Of a stretch of DNA of 64,000 nt, positions 9,442 through 19,700 are shown one piece after another. The translations under genes and the position numbers were made by a program. The stretch covers positions 640,001-704,000 of the forward strand of contig JAXSNR010000001.1 of assembly GCA_037925075.1 (NCBI GenBank). Direction: 5' to 3'. The number at the start of each line of letters is the position of its first letter. Positions within the stretch are counted from its first letter, which is position 1. Source of the DNA: Aquificaceae bacterium (GTDB lineage Bacteria > Aquificota > Aquificia > Aquificales > Aquificaceae). Under the pieces are notes generated by a model. That model was not told the origin of the DNA. It saw nothing but the letters and a program-made list of their open reading frames with translations, and did no database searches.

Positions 9442-9458
9442 TGCAAGAACTATGCCAA
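9442..9458 (-). promoter_or_regulatory. sigma54 (-24/-12) promoter for the DsrE-like gene
   Basis: TTGGCATAGTTCTTGCA gives GG-N10-GC spacing, next to a sigma54 activator gene. Confidence 0.8.
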
Positions 9459-9521
9459 AACTGGTAATAAATATTTTGCTGATAAATCAGATATTTCCCA
9501 CTTGCTGTGTTGGATAAACCA

Positions 9522-9555
9522 TGTCAATTTGTCAAAGATCTTGCCATTTTGACAA
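9522..9555. promoter_or_regulatory. Putative enhancer (UAS) for the NtrC-family activator
   Basis: Two TGYCA-N3-TGWCA boxes (9522-9534, 9542-9554) about 65-95 bp upstream of the -24 element. Confidence 0.5.
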
Positions 9556-10860
9556 TTACATAAGATTATACTTCTTTAGCTTTCTGTAGAAGGTCCTCAA
9601 GGGAATATCCAAAAGTTCTGCAGCTTTCCTCTTGTCAAAATTAACTCTTCTCAATACTTCCTCAATCTTTATCCTCTCCGTTTCCTTAAGACTGTCAGGT
9701 TTTCTATGAAAGGATATGTTAAGATGATTTTCCTGGATCAAAGCTTCATCACATAGTAGTACTGCTCTCTCTATTATGTTCCTTAGTTCTCTTACATTAC
9801 CGGGATAATGGTAAGAAAGGAGAGCTGTTTTAGCTCTTTCCGTAAAGCCCTTTATTTTTTTATTGTACTTTCTACAGAATTTATCAAGAAAGTATTCAGC
9901 TAATTGTATTATATCTTCCTTTCTTTCCCTTAAGGGAGGGACTCTAATTTCAATTGTGTTTAGCCTGTAATATAAATCTTCTCGAAAAAGCCCTTCCTCA
10001 ACTAGCTTTTTAATATCTTTGTTTGTTGCACAGATAATGCGCACGTTACTCTCCACTTCTCTTCTACCGCCTAGTCTATAAAATTTCTTTTCCTCTATTG
10101 CCCTCAGAAGTTTAGCTTGCAGCTTTAGGTCAAGATCTGTTATCTCATCCAAAAAGAGCGTTCCCTCTTTGGCTAACTCCATAAAACCTGCTTTTTGATT
10201 GCTTGCACCGGTAAATGCTCCCTTTTCATAGCCAAAAAGCTCAGCCTCCAAGAGTTCATTGGGTATGGCGGATATATTTATGGCTACAAAGGGTTTATCT
10301 TTTCTATCACTCAGACTATGTATAAGTTTAGCAATAAGCTCTTTACCAACTCCGCTTTCTCCTTGTATTATAACGCTACAATCACTGCAAGCTATCCTTC
10401 CTATTATATCCATAACATTTTTCATTGCAGGGCTTGCTACTATCATATCCTCTTCCATCAACCTTTTTTCGCTTTTTAGGAGGCTGTTCTCCCTCTTCAG
10501 TCTTAACATGTCTTCGACCTTTTTTACTACAAGCTCAACCTCCTCTAGACTGCAAGGTTTTGCCAAGAAGTCAAAGGCTCCTAGCTTCATAGCCTCAACT
10601 GCTATCTTTATGGTTCCATGACCGGTGATAACAACCACTTCCTGAATACTATGATTCTCTTTTACCTTTTTAAGTATATCCATACCGTTCATATCGGGCA
10701 AAAGCAGGTCAAGTATGATTAGGTCATAATGCTGTTTATCAATGAACTCCATTGCTAAATTACCGCTTGAAACATGGTCGACGGAGTGCCCTTTTTCTCT
10801 TAGGAACTTGGATATCAACCAACCGTATTCTACCTCATCTTCGACTACAATTATCTTCAT
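9556..10860 (-). CDS. sigma54-dependent response regulator (NtrC/AtoC family)
   Basis: Receiver domain, GESGVGKE, ELFGYEKGAFTGA, FREDLYYRL, YPGNVREL and a Fis-type HTH. Confidence 0.95.
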   Translation of the reverse strand: MKIIVVEDEVEYGWLISKFLREKGHSVDHVSSGNLAMEFIDKQHYDLIILDLLLPDMNGMDILKKVKENHSIQEVVVITGHGTIKIAVEAMKLGAFDFLAKPCSLEEVELVVKKVEDMLRLKRENSLLKSEKRLMEEDMIVASPAMKNVMDIIGRIACSDCSVIIQGESGVGKELIAKLIHSLSDRKDKPFVAINISAIPNELLEAELFGYEKGAFTGASNQKAGFMELAKEGTLFLDEITDLDLKLQAKLLRAIEEKKFYRLGGRREVESNVRIICATNKDIKKLVEEGLFREDLYYRLNTIEIRVPPLRERKEDIIQLAEYFLDKFCRKYNKKIKGFTERAKTALLSYHYPGNVRELRNIIERAVLLCDEALIQENHLNISFHRKPDSLKETERIKIEEVLRRVNFDKRKAAELLDIPLRTFYRKLKKYNLM

Positions 10861-12758
10861 GCGTCTCCACTTTTAATATATACACGAAACTCACAGCCCT
10901 TATCTAAGTTTTCATACTCTATCCTACCACCAATATCCTCCACAAACCTCTTCGCAATCGACAAACCCAAGCCAAAACCTCTATCTTTTTTCGTATAAAA
11001 GGGTTGAAAAATATCCTCAGAGTCTACACCTGGACCTTCATCCTTTATCTTCCAAACTATGAAGGAATTAGCGTCTTCAATGTTCACGTAGACTTTACCT
11101 TGCACTGGAGATGCATCTATGGCGTTATCTATGAGGTTAATAAGAACCTGTTCCAGTTTCCATGGATATGTTAGGATTTTTGGGCGCTTTGTTTTTGCGT
11201 TTAGTTCCACGATTACCTTCTTATGCTTCGCTTTTAGATTGATTATATCTAACAAATCTTTTGTGAAGTTTACAGGGTTCATTTCCTGTGGCGCACCATC
11301 ATAGCTCTTTGCCATGTATAGCAACCTGCTTATGGTATTCTTTGCTCTTTCAACATTTTTAAGAACTACCTCTGCCATTTCCTTTACCTCTTTTTCATTG
11401 GACACATTCCTTATATACTCAGCATATGCCATTATAGAAGCAAGAGGGTTGTTGAGTTGATGTGCTAAGGAACATGCCATTTCTCCTGCCATAGCCAACT
11501 TAGAATACCATCCAACTAGAATTTCAAGATTCTTTCTCTCTGTAATATCCTTTATATGGAAAAGTGTATAATTCTTGTCCTCTAATTCAAGAGGTATTGA
11601 AGTTACACTGACACATTTAGTTTTTCCGCTTACGCTTACAGTAATTTCTGGTATGAACAGAAAAGAACCAGTAGTAAAGTGTTCACTCAAATTCTTTATA
11701 TCCATCTTCAGAACTTCACTGGGCATAATATCAAACATTTTTAAAAAATTCTCATTTACCATTTCTATGGTACCCATTTCATCTTCTACCAGTACAAGAG
11801 CGTCTCCAAGTTTATTAAATAGGTTTACATATACGCTTTTTTCTTTCTCAATTTTATCAAGAAGTTCCTGAAAGGCTTTTGCAAGCACGTAAACTTCTCC
11901 GTATCCATCAATTTCCAGATTCTTTCCACCTGCATAACTCATAACGGATAACTTTAAATCCTCAAGAGGTTTAAAAATCCTTTTCACGGTAAAAAAGCCT
12001 ATCAAAAGCAGTCCACTGCATAAAACTAAGTTTAATAGAAGAGAGGCTTTTAGGAAATCGTAAGCATTTTCATAAACAAAGTCTTCCGGTTCGCTTAACT
12101 CAATAAGCATGTCTGTATCTCTTATGTGAGTTTGAAAATTAAGCGCTTTTCCACTTGCTTGGTTGTTCAATAACAATATAGTTTGTCCATTAGTATCGGC
12201 TAATCTAATCGTGGCATTATGTATACCATATTGGTGGGTGTAATCTTTAAGCAAGTCTTTTAAATTCATAGAGCAGACTATAAAACCCATAGGTACATTG
12301 CTGTTTATATCAAATACCTTTAAGAGCATGTACTTCTCATCAGCATTTCCTGAATACATGCCCAACACTTCATCGGTCCATCCTAGTTTACTCAACATTT
12401 GAGGTAAACCTTCAAAGTTAATAAACCTTGTTTCAAGGTAAATGAGTTTACCCTTTGTATCATAATAGGCACACCCTTCAATATGTTCAATATCTCCTGT
12501 CAACCTCCATAGTATTTCTTTCAAGTTTACATTTAGGCTTCTGTACTTTGTTGTTATAGACTTAATTTTTATCTGTGTGGCTATGATATCTTCCTTAAAT
12601 CTATCTGCAAGAATCCTAGTTATAGCGCCCTTATTTTCTAGCCATGAAGTTCTAAGTTGTTCTTTCAACACATGAAAATAAATAAAAACAGAAAGAAGTT
12701 GAATAAAAATTATTAGAACAATAACCAATAGTATCCTATTTTTGATGCTTTGCTTCAT
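10857..12758 (-). CDS. Membrane sensor histidine kinase (PAS-like domain)
   Basis: Two TM segments; H-box LAHQLNNPL, N-box NLIDNAIDA, G-boxes DEGPG and GFGLGL. Confidence 0.9.
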   Translation of the reverse strand: MKQSIKNRILLVIVLIIFIQLLSVFIYFHVLKEQLRTSWLENKGAITRILADRFKEDIIATQIKIKSITTKYRSLNVNLKEILWRLTGDIEHIEGCAYYDTKGKLIYLETRFINFEGLPQMLSKLGWTDEVLGMYSGNADEKYMLLKVFDINSNVPMGFIVCSMNLKDLLKDYTHQYGIHNATIRLADTNGQTILLLNNQASGKALNFQTHIRDTDMLIELSEPEDFVYENAYDFLKASLLLNLVLCSGLLLIGFFTVKRIFKPLEDLKLSVMSYAGGKNLEIDGYGEVYVLAKAFQELLDKIEKEKSVYVNLFNKLGDALVLVEDEMGTIEMVNENFLKMFDIMPSEVLKMDIKNLSEHFTTGSFLFIPEITVSVSGKTKCVSVTSIPLELEDKNYTLFHIKDITERKNLEILVGWYSKLAMAGEMACSLAHQLNNPLASIMAYAEYIRNVSNEKEVKEMAEVVLKNVERAKNTISRLLYMAKSYDGAPQEMNPVNFTKDLLDIINLKAKHKKVIVELNAKTKRPKILTYPWKLEQVLINLIDNAIDASPVQGKVYVNIEDANSFIVWKIKDEGPGVDSEDIFQPFYTKKDRGFGLGLSIAKRFVEDIGGRIEYENLDKGCEFRVYIKSGDA

Positions 12759-13717
12759 TTAAAAACTCTGTCCGCCAAAAGGATTTTACTGTTATCTAAA
12801 ACATATCCCATTTCCTTTAACACGCTCTCATTTATAGATAGTTTAACCTTTGTTACCTTTTCAAAGGGTATATCCTCAACCCTTCTCCCTTTTATTATCT
12901 GATAAGCAATATAGGATGCTTGATAGCCCTGGTCATATCCGGAACTACCGTAAGCCACCGCACAACCTTTCATGGCATGTTCTGGAGACAAGCACACAAC
13001 CGGTATATGATAAAACCTTGCGTAGTGCAGTATGTAGGAAATTAAAAAATTATCTGTATAAAAACAAGGTGTGATCACAATAGCCTCAAACCCATCTTCT
13101 TTCATATGGCTTATTACATATTCAAGGTCCTGTACGTCCTTAACCATCAAGGGATAGATTTTTAATCCATGTTTTTCTCCAGCTTTTATAGTCAATCCAG
13201 TTGCATATTTTGAAGCTTCAAAGTTAGGCGTGCAGAAAACTAAAGCCTTTTTTATATGAGGGAACAATCTTTTGAATATTTCTATACGTTTTTCCATCAG
13301 CTCTGTATTTAGATTATCAACTCCTGTTATGCCTTCTATAGGTCTGTTTTCATTATCTACAAAACCCCAGACCTGTAAAGCAGTTCCACCCATTATCACA
13401 ATCGGAGGTCTAAAATCATCTTTTACCTTTTTAATGTAATAAGCTTCAAGGCTTCCACCTACCGCTACAAGGCTGAATTCCTTCTCCCTCTTTACTATCT
13501 CAATAGCTTTCTCTTCTAAACTTTTTAGACTATTTTCTCCATTGTATATTACAAATTCGACATCATGAAGCCCAAGATTTTTAAGTCCGTCCATGAAACC
13601 ATCCAGCTTAGTTAGCCTCCCTTCTCCAGATATTAGAACACCTATAACTATCTTCCTTTTACCAAACTCACAAGAAACAACCATAACAAATAGCAAAATT
13701 GTCAGGATAAGCTTCAT
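12755..13717 (-). CDS. ABC-type substrate-binding lipoprotein (ABC_sub_bind-like), probable co-sensor
   Basis: Lipobox-like VVSC and ITGV...KRIEIFKRLFP...QGYQA...IIKG...DIP pattern. It overlaps the kinase start and has no permease genes nearby. Confidence 0.75.
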   Translation of the reverse strand: MKLILTILLFVMVVSCEFGKRKIVIGVLISGEGRLTKLDGFMDGLKNLGLHDVEFVIYNGENSLKSLEEKAIEIVKREKEFSLVAVGGSLEAYYIKKVKDDFRPPIVIMGGTALQVWGFVDNENRPIEGITGVDNLNTELMEKRIEIFKRLFPHIKKALVFCTPNFEASKYATGLTIKAGEKHGLKIYPLMVKDVQDLEYVISHMKEDGFEAIVITPCFYTDNFLISYILHYARFYHIPVVCLSPEHAMKGCAVAYGSSGYDQGYQASYIAYQIIKGRRVEDIPFEKVTKVKLSINESVLKEMGYVLDNSKILLADRVFK

Positions 13718-13811
13718 GTTTAATAAAATATAATCATAATTCGGGAAATTGAGATCATATGAACTAACACAGAATACTTACACGAGCTATATTTCCCTAT
13801 TCATAGTGTGT

Positions 13812-13844
13812 GTTAATAAATTATAAACTAGTCTATGCTAAGTG
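13812..13844 (+). repeat. 33-bp direct repeat, copy 2
   Basis: GTTAATAAATTATAAACTAGTCTATGCTAAGTG, 31/33 identical to 7429-7461. Confidence 0.85.
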
Positions 13845-13976
13845 AGAAATTAAAACTTGTATAAACCTTCTATACAATGTTGGCAGGTTAAAGATAAAGG
13901 AACTCTAAAATATGAAGCAAAAACCCTAACATCAAAAAGGAGGCGCCCTTTGGCACCCCCTTAGACTTTTCCAATA

Positions 13977-15149
13977 CTAGGAACCAATGCATGCCTCTGG
14001 ATCAAAACAGCTCGGATAAGTGTGGTCCACTGTCCCATCGTTTCCTTCATCTATCTGTACTCCCCCAGTGGAGGTATAAATAATTCTTCCATTTATGCCA
14101 CCTGTTACCACAATTACTCCAGCGGATGGACAATCTATTCCTTCTCCGATAAGAAGAGGAGTTTGAGTCGTTAATGTGATCGTGCCATTGAAACAGGCAT
14201 CGCCGTAAGTGACTGTTCCATCTATTGTTATGCGTACTCCACTGGTAGTATCTTCAAATGTTAAAGTTAGTGGATTACCAGATGAGATACTAATGGTTGC
14301 CGACTCATTGGTATCTATATAGTCTGTATTACTTAAACCGCCTGAGATATAAATAATACCCTTTGTCGGCTCGCAGGTTTGATTAAACTGGGTAATCTGG
14401 ACACTTTCATTAAAGTTGTTTGCCTGAATCCTAATATTTTCATCCCATTTGCCATCCCTGTTTTTATCATTCTTAACTAAAACATCCGCTGTCCCAATTG
14501 TTATACTGTATTTATCAGGTACATCGCAGGAAGTAGAAAAGCTTTGGATTGAGCCTGTTAAATTCATGGACCACTCTTCTTCATGTTTGGGTACATTCTT
14601 TGTAGGTTCATATTCTCTATAAATATATTTGCCTGTACCATCAACACCGGTCATGCTGTATGTAAAGCTATTTCCTGATTCAGAATAGGATACTCTCCCA
14701 TGGAGATACTCTTTCCCTTGGTCGGTAGTCATGTAACAGTTATTAAAAGTTATTGTAAACCCATTTTGGGTACTATCCACTGTCATGGTCCCGCCACCAG
14801 AACACTGTGTAGTCTGTACTTCCTTAAGACCTTTTGTCTTTATTGAAGCAAGCTTTTGCCTCCTTTCCTTGAATGCGTTATAAAAGGTCACTATTGCCTC
14901 TTTTGTAGTCATCTTAGTATCAAAACCACTAGCTGAAGCTCCAGAAGCAAACATAAGGCCAAATTCACTCATGTCGATAGCCATATCAGATACCTGTACC
15001 CCTTTTCCAGCAGATGGCTGACCACCACCTCCATCACCTGTTCCGCCTCCACCACCAACTGCTCCGCCTCCACCACCGCCTCCGCAGGCTGTGAGGCCAA
15101 AGCTAAATAGGGCGACCGACACAAGGATGAGTAAAAGTTTTTTCCTCAT
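13977..15149 (-). CDS. Hypothetical lipoprotein with Gly-rich linker and beta-rich, Cys-containing domain
   Basis: MRKKLL...LTAC lipobox after a GGAGGTG RBS, followed by a poly-Gly linker. Confidence 0.75.
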   Translation of the reverse strand: MRKKLLLILVSVALFSFGLTACGGGGGGGAVGGGGGTGDGGGGQPSAGKGVQVSDMAIDMSEFGLMFASGASASGFDTKMTTKEAIVTFYNAFKERRQKLASIKTKGLKEVQTTQCSGGGTMTVDSTQNGFTITFNNCYMTTDQGKEYLHGRVSYSESGNSFTYSMTGVDGTGKYIYREYEPTKNVPKHEEEWSMNLTGSIQSFSTSCDVPDKYSITIGTADVLVKNDKNRDGKWDENIRIQANNFNESVQITQFNQTCEPTKGIIYISGGLSNTDYIDTNESATISISSGNPLTLTFEDTTSGVRITIDGTVTYGDACFNGTITLTTQTPLLIGEGIDCPSAGVIVVTGGINGRIIYTSTGGVQIDEGNDGTVDHTYPSCFDPEACIGS

Positions 15150-15329
15150 GGCAACCACCTCCATATGATATATATCAGTTATAATATAATATGAATTCTC
15201 TGATTAGTCAAGTAGGAATTACCCACTTTAGCTTTTGCTAAACAATGTAGTACACCCATATGACAACCTTGCTAAGGAGTCCGTGAAATTAGTCAGCTTT
15301 TCAACCCCACACCTTAGATTAGCAACGCT

Positions 15330-15647
15330 TCAAGGCTTATTAAATTTCTTCATAAACTCATTCATAAACTCATTTATTGCGTTTTCTACCTCGTCAAAGA
15401 ATCTTTCTAAATCTTCAAGTGCCGCCTGTCTGCCTCTTTCCATGGCTTCGTAGATTATATACTTTAGGTCGTCCGTCATGCCTTGGATAAGCTCATAGTA
15501 GTAGTCCTTTGTTTTGTCTATCTCTTCTTGTGTATGCTCTTCTGACATGAATTCTTCATGCTCGTCTATGATTTTGCCCACCTCCTTTAATAATATAACT
15601 TTAACTATATTTGTAAGCAAAAAACCATAAAGATAGTACCTTATCAT
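15330..15647 (-). CDS. Hypothetical acidic helical protein
   Basis: 105-aa ORF with protein-like composition; no recognisable motif. Confidence 0.5.
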   Translation of the reverse strand: MIRYYLYGFLLTNIVKVILLKEVGKIIDEHEEFMSEEHTQEEIDKTKDYYYELIQGMTDDLKYIIYEAMERGRQAALEDLERFFDEVENAINEFMNEFMKKFNKP

Positions 15648-15867
15648 AAAAGTAAGCCCGCTCTCTTCTAATTATTTCAACTCCACTCGGTAGGTTAGCA
15701 ACACCTATATGGAAGATTTTTAGTTAAGTTTTGCATGATTACAGACAATTCCTATGGGTTAGGACTTGTCTATAAGTATGGGCTTGGTAGCCGAAAAATT
15801 TTAGCCTTTACTAAACAAACAATGTACTATATTTAAATTATGACTTTTATCACGTTGGAGGTGCGCT

Positions 15868-16629
15868 ATGAAAAACGTCATATTCAATACGCCAGAGCAT
15901 AAGGTGGTCTTTTTTGAAGAACTAACCCCTGCATCTGCAGTGCAGGCAAATCAAGTCCTTATAATACACAGGGATGAAGGTATGCTTCTTGACCCGGGAG
16001 GCCATAAGGTTTTTTCAAAGCTTCTTTCGGACCTTTCAATTTACATACCACCGAGCCAGATAAAGTATATATTCCTTTCCCATCAGGACCCAGATATAGT
16101 AGCCTCCATAAACGGTTGGCTTATGACCACAAAGGCGGTCGCCTATGTATCCAAGCTCTGGATGAGGTTCTTGCCACACTTTGGATTGGATTCTCAACTG
16201 GAAGACCGAGTACTTTCCATAGATGATGGTGGGACGGTTCTTATCCTTGGCGGAGATTGCAAGCTTTATATAATTCCTGCCCACTTTATGCACTCCCCGG
16301 GCAACTTTCAGGTTTATGATCCATGTGCTAAAATTCTCTTTTCTGGAGACCTTGGAGCGTCTCTTGGTCAGGATTACTTTGTGGTGGAGGACTTTGACAA
16401 TCACATAAAATACATGGAAGGCTTCCACAGAAGGTACATGGCAAGCAACAAGGTACTTAGACTCTGGGCCAACATGGTAAGACAGTTGGACATTGAGATG
16501 ATTGTGCCACAGCATGGAGCTATCTTCAAGGGTAAAGAGATAGTAAATCGTTTTATTGAATGGATTGAAAACCTTGAGGTGGGCGTGGACCTTCTGACGC
16601 AGGAAAGATACCAAGTGCCTACCGGCTAA
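15868..16629 (+). CDS. MBL-fold oxygen-binding di-iron protein (ODP / FprA N-terminal-like)
   Basis: LLDPGG, SHQDPD, PAHFMHSPGN, FSGD and PQHG motifs; GGAGG RBS. Confidence 0.8.
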   Translation: MKNVIFNTPEHKVVFFEELTPASAVQANQVLIIHRDEGMLLDPGGHKVFSKLLSDLSIYIPPSQIKYIFLSHQDPDIVASINGWLMTTKAVAYVSKLWMRFLPHFGLDSQLEDRVLSIDDGGTVLILGGDCKLYIIPAHFMHSPGNFQVYDPCAKILFSGDLGASLGQDYFVVEDFDNHIKYMEGFHRRYMASNKVLRLWANMVRQLDIEMIVPQHGAIFKGKEIVNRFIEWIENLEVGVDLLTQERYQVPTG

Positions 16630-16725
16630 AAAGTTCAGAGTTTGTAGGATTTTGAACCAGCTGAGCTGGTTTTTATGATTCAAGGCTTTCCCTACTTGCA
16701 ATGAATGGCATAAAGCTCTATATAA

Positions 16726-19700
16726 ATGGTCATGGGGGATTTTGTTCATCTACACCTTCATACCCAGTATTCCCTTCTGGATGGTGCCATAAAGGTAAAG
16801 GACTTAGCAAAGAGGGCAAAGGAGCTAAACTACAAGGCCGTTGCCATCACAGACCATGGGAACCTTTTTGGTATTCTGGACTTTTACAAAAGCATGAAGA
16901 AGGTGGGCATAAAGCCCATAATAGGCATGGAAGCTTACTTTACCACCGGATCTCGCCACGATAGGAAAGGCAAGGGTTCCGAAGACAATATAACGGACAA
17001 GTACAACCACCACCTTATACTTATTGCAAAAGATGATAAGGGACTGAAAAACTTAATGAAACTCTCTACCCTATCCTACAAAGAAGGCTTTTACTACAAG
17101 CCAAGAATAGATTACGAGCTTCTCAGTCAGTATCATGAGGGGCTTATAGCCATAACTGCCTGTTTGAAAGGTGTTCCAACCTACTACGCAAGCATTGGGG
17201 AAGAGAAAAAGTCAGAGGAATGGGTAAAAAAGTTTCTTGACCTTTTTGGTGAAGACCTTTATCTTGAACTTCAGTCTAACTCCTTACCTGAGCAAGAAAA
17301 AGCCAACAGAACGCTTGTAGATATAGCCAAGAGGTTTGGGGTAAAGCTAATTGCTACCAATGACTCCCATTATCTTATGCCAGAAGACAGGCTTGCCCAT
17401 CAGGTGCTTATGGCAATTCAGATGAAGAAGACTCTTATGGAAATACAGCAAGGTGGTGGTTTCAAGTGTGCCAATGAAGGGCTTCATTTTGCCTCTCCAG
17501 AAGAGGTATGGGAAAAGTTTCGTGGAAAGTTCCAAGGATGGGAAGAGGCACTTATAAATACCCTTGAGGTGGCGGAAAAGACCGCAGACAGCTTTGAAAT
17601 TTTGGAGGGTGGCTCTTATCTTATGCCTCAATTTTTCACCGATGGTACCTCCCTTGGAGAATTTCTAAAAAACCTTGCAATAAAAGGCTTAAGGCAAAGA
17701 ATTGCACAGGGTTTGGTATCCGACAGTAAAGAATACTGGGACAGGCTTGAATACGAGCTTGATGTGGTCTCCCGTATGGGCTTTGAGGGCTACTTTTTGA
17801 TAGTTCAGGACTTTATAAACTGGGCAAAATCACAGGATATTCCCGTGGGTCCTGGTAGAGGTTCTGCCGCTGGATCCCTCCTTGCCTTTGCACTGGGCAT
17901 AACGGACGTGGACCCCATAAGGCATGGACTTTTGTTTGAAAGGTTTTTGAACCCAGAAAGGGTTTCCATGCCAGACATTGACGTAGATTTTTGCATGGAA
18001 AACAGGGATAGGGTCATAGAGTACGTGAAGGCTAAGTATGGCTCTGAAAATGTCGCACAGATCATTACCTACAACATAATGAAGGCAAAGCAAACCCTAA
18101 GGGATGTTGCCCGTGCCCTTGGCATACCCTATCAGACCGCAGATACCTTAGCCAAACTTATACCACAGGGTGACGTTCAAGGCACATGGCTTTCTTTGGA
18201 GGAGATGTTCCTCACACCAATAGAAGAGCTTCTTGAAAAGTACGGAAGGCACAGAACAGACATAGAGGAAAATGCCACACGTTTCAGGAGGCTATGCGAG
18301 GAAAATCCGGAAATAAAAAAGCTTGTGGAGATTGCTTTAAGGCTTGAAGGTCTTACAAGACACACTTCACTACATGCGGCGGGTGTGGTGATAGCACCAA
18401 AGCCTCTTGAGGAGCTACTGCCCTTGTACTACGACAAGGATGGAGCGATCGCAACACAGTTTGACATGGCAAAGCTTGAAGAGCTTGGCCTTATAAAGAT
18501 GGACTTTTTGGGGCTTAAAACCCTTACAGAGCTCCAAAGAATGAGGGAACTTATAAAAGAAAGGCACCATATAGACATAAATTATCTGAACCTATCCCTT
18601 GACGATGAAAGGGTTTATAAACTTCTCAAAGAAGGCAATACCACGGGAGTTTTCCAGTTAGAAAGCTCTGGCATGAAAAACCTTCTCAGAAGGCTTGCAC
18701 CCGATAGCTTTGACGATATTGTGGCTGTGCTTGCCCTCTACAGACCTGGACCACTAAAGAGCGGTCTTGTGGACAGCTACATAAACAGAAAGCACGGAAA
18801 GGAACAAGTGAGATATCCTTTTCCAGAGCTTGAACATGTCCTCAAAGAGACTTACGGCGTATGGGTTTATCAGGAGCAGATCATGAAAGCCTCCCAGATC
18901 CTTGCTGGCTTTACACCCGGCGAAGCTGATACCCTTAGAAAAGCCATAGGCAAGAAAAAGGCAGACCTTATGGCTCAGATGAAGGAAAAGTTCATAAAAG
19001 GTGCGGTAGAAAGCGGCTATGACGAGACAAAGATAACTCAGTTATGGGAAGACATAGAAAAGTTTGCCAGCTACTCCTTTAACAAATCTCACTCGGTAGC
19101 CTATGGCTATCTCTCTTACTGGACAGCCTACGTAAAGGCACACTACCCAGAGGAATTTTTCTGCGTAAAGCTATCCACGGAAAAGAACGACAAGAAGTTT
19201 ATAAACCTTTTGAAGGATGCAAAAAACCAAGGCTTCAGGCTGTTGCCACCAGACATAAATAGAAGTGGTATGGATTTTGTTATAGAGGCTACAAAGACAA
19301 TAAGGTTTGGGCTTGCCCGCATAAAGGGAGTTGGCGAAGATACCGCAAGGTTAATAGTGGAAAGCAGAAAAAGACCCTGGACTTCTTTTGGAGACTTTGT
19401 AAGAAGTATGGACAACAAAAAGGTGAACAAAAAGACCCTTGAAGCCCTCATAAAGGCGGGAGCCTTTGACAACTTTGGAGAAAAAAGATGTGAACTCCTT
19501 CAAAGGTTGGAAGGAGGCTCCGCACTTCTCGGTAAAGGACTGTTTGTCACAAAGGAAGAGAAAAGGGAAGAGGACTATTCTAAATATGAAAAGGAAGTGC
19601 TTGGCTTTTATGTATCTTCACACCCACTTGACCCGTACGAAAAGCTTCTCAAGGGTAAGGTGTCAGAGCTTGAAGTATTGGAAGAGGTAGAAGAAGGTAC

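Noticed and set aside
1..15800. tmRNA-integrated prophage or integrative element
   Set aside because: No integrase gene and no second copy of the tmRNA 3' end seen in the window. The accessory genes are interleaved with housekeeping genes.
16036..16749. 237-aa minus-strand ORF and the many other short ORFs lying antisense or out of frame within long genes
   Set aside because: They overlap well-supported genes and have no motifs or translation signals.
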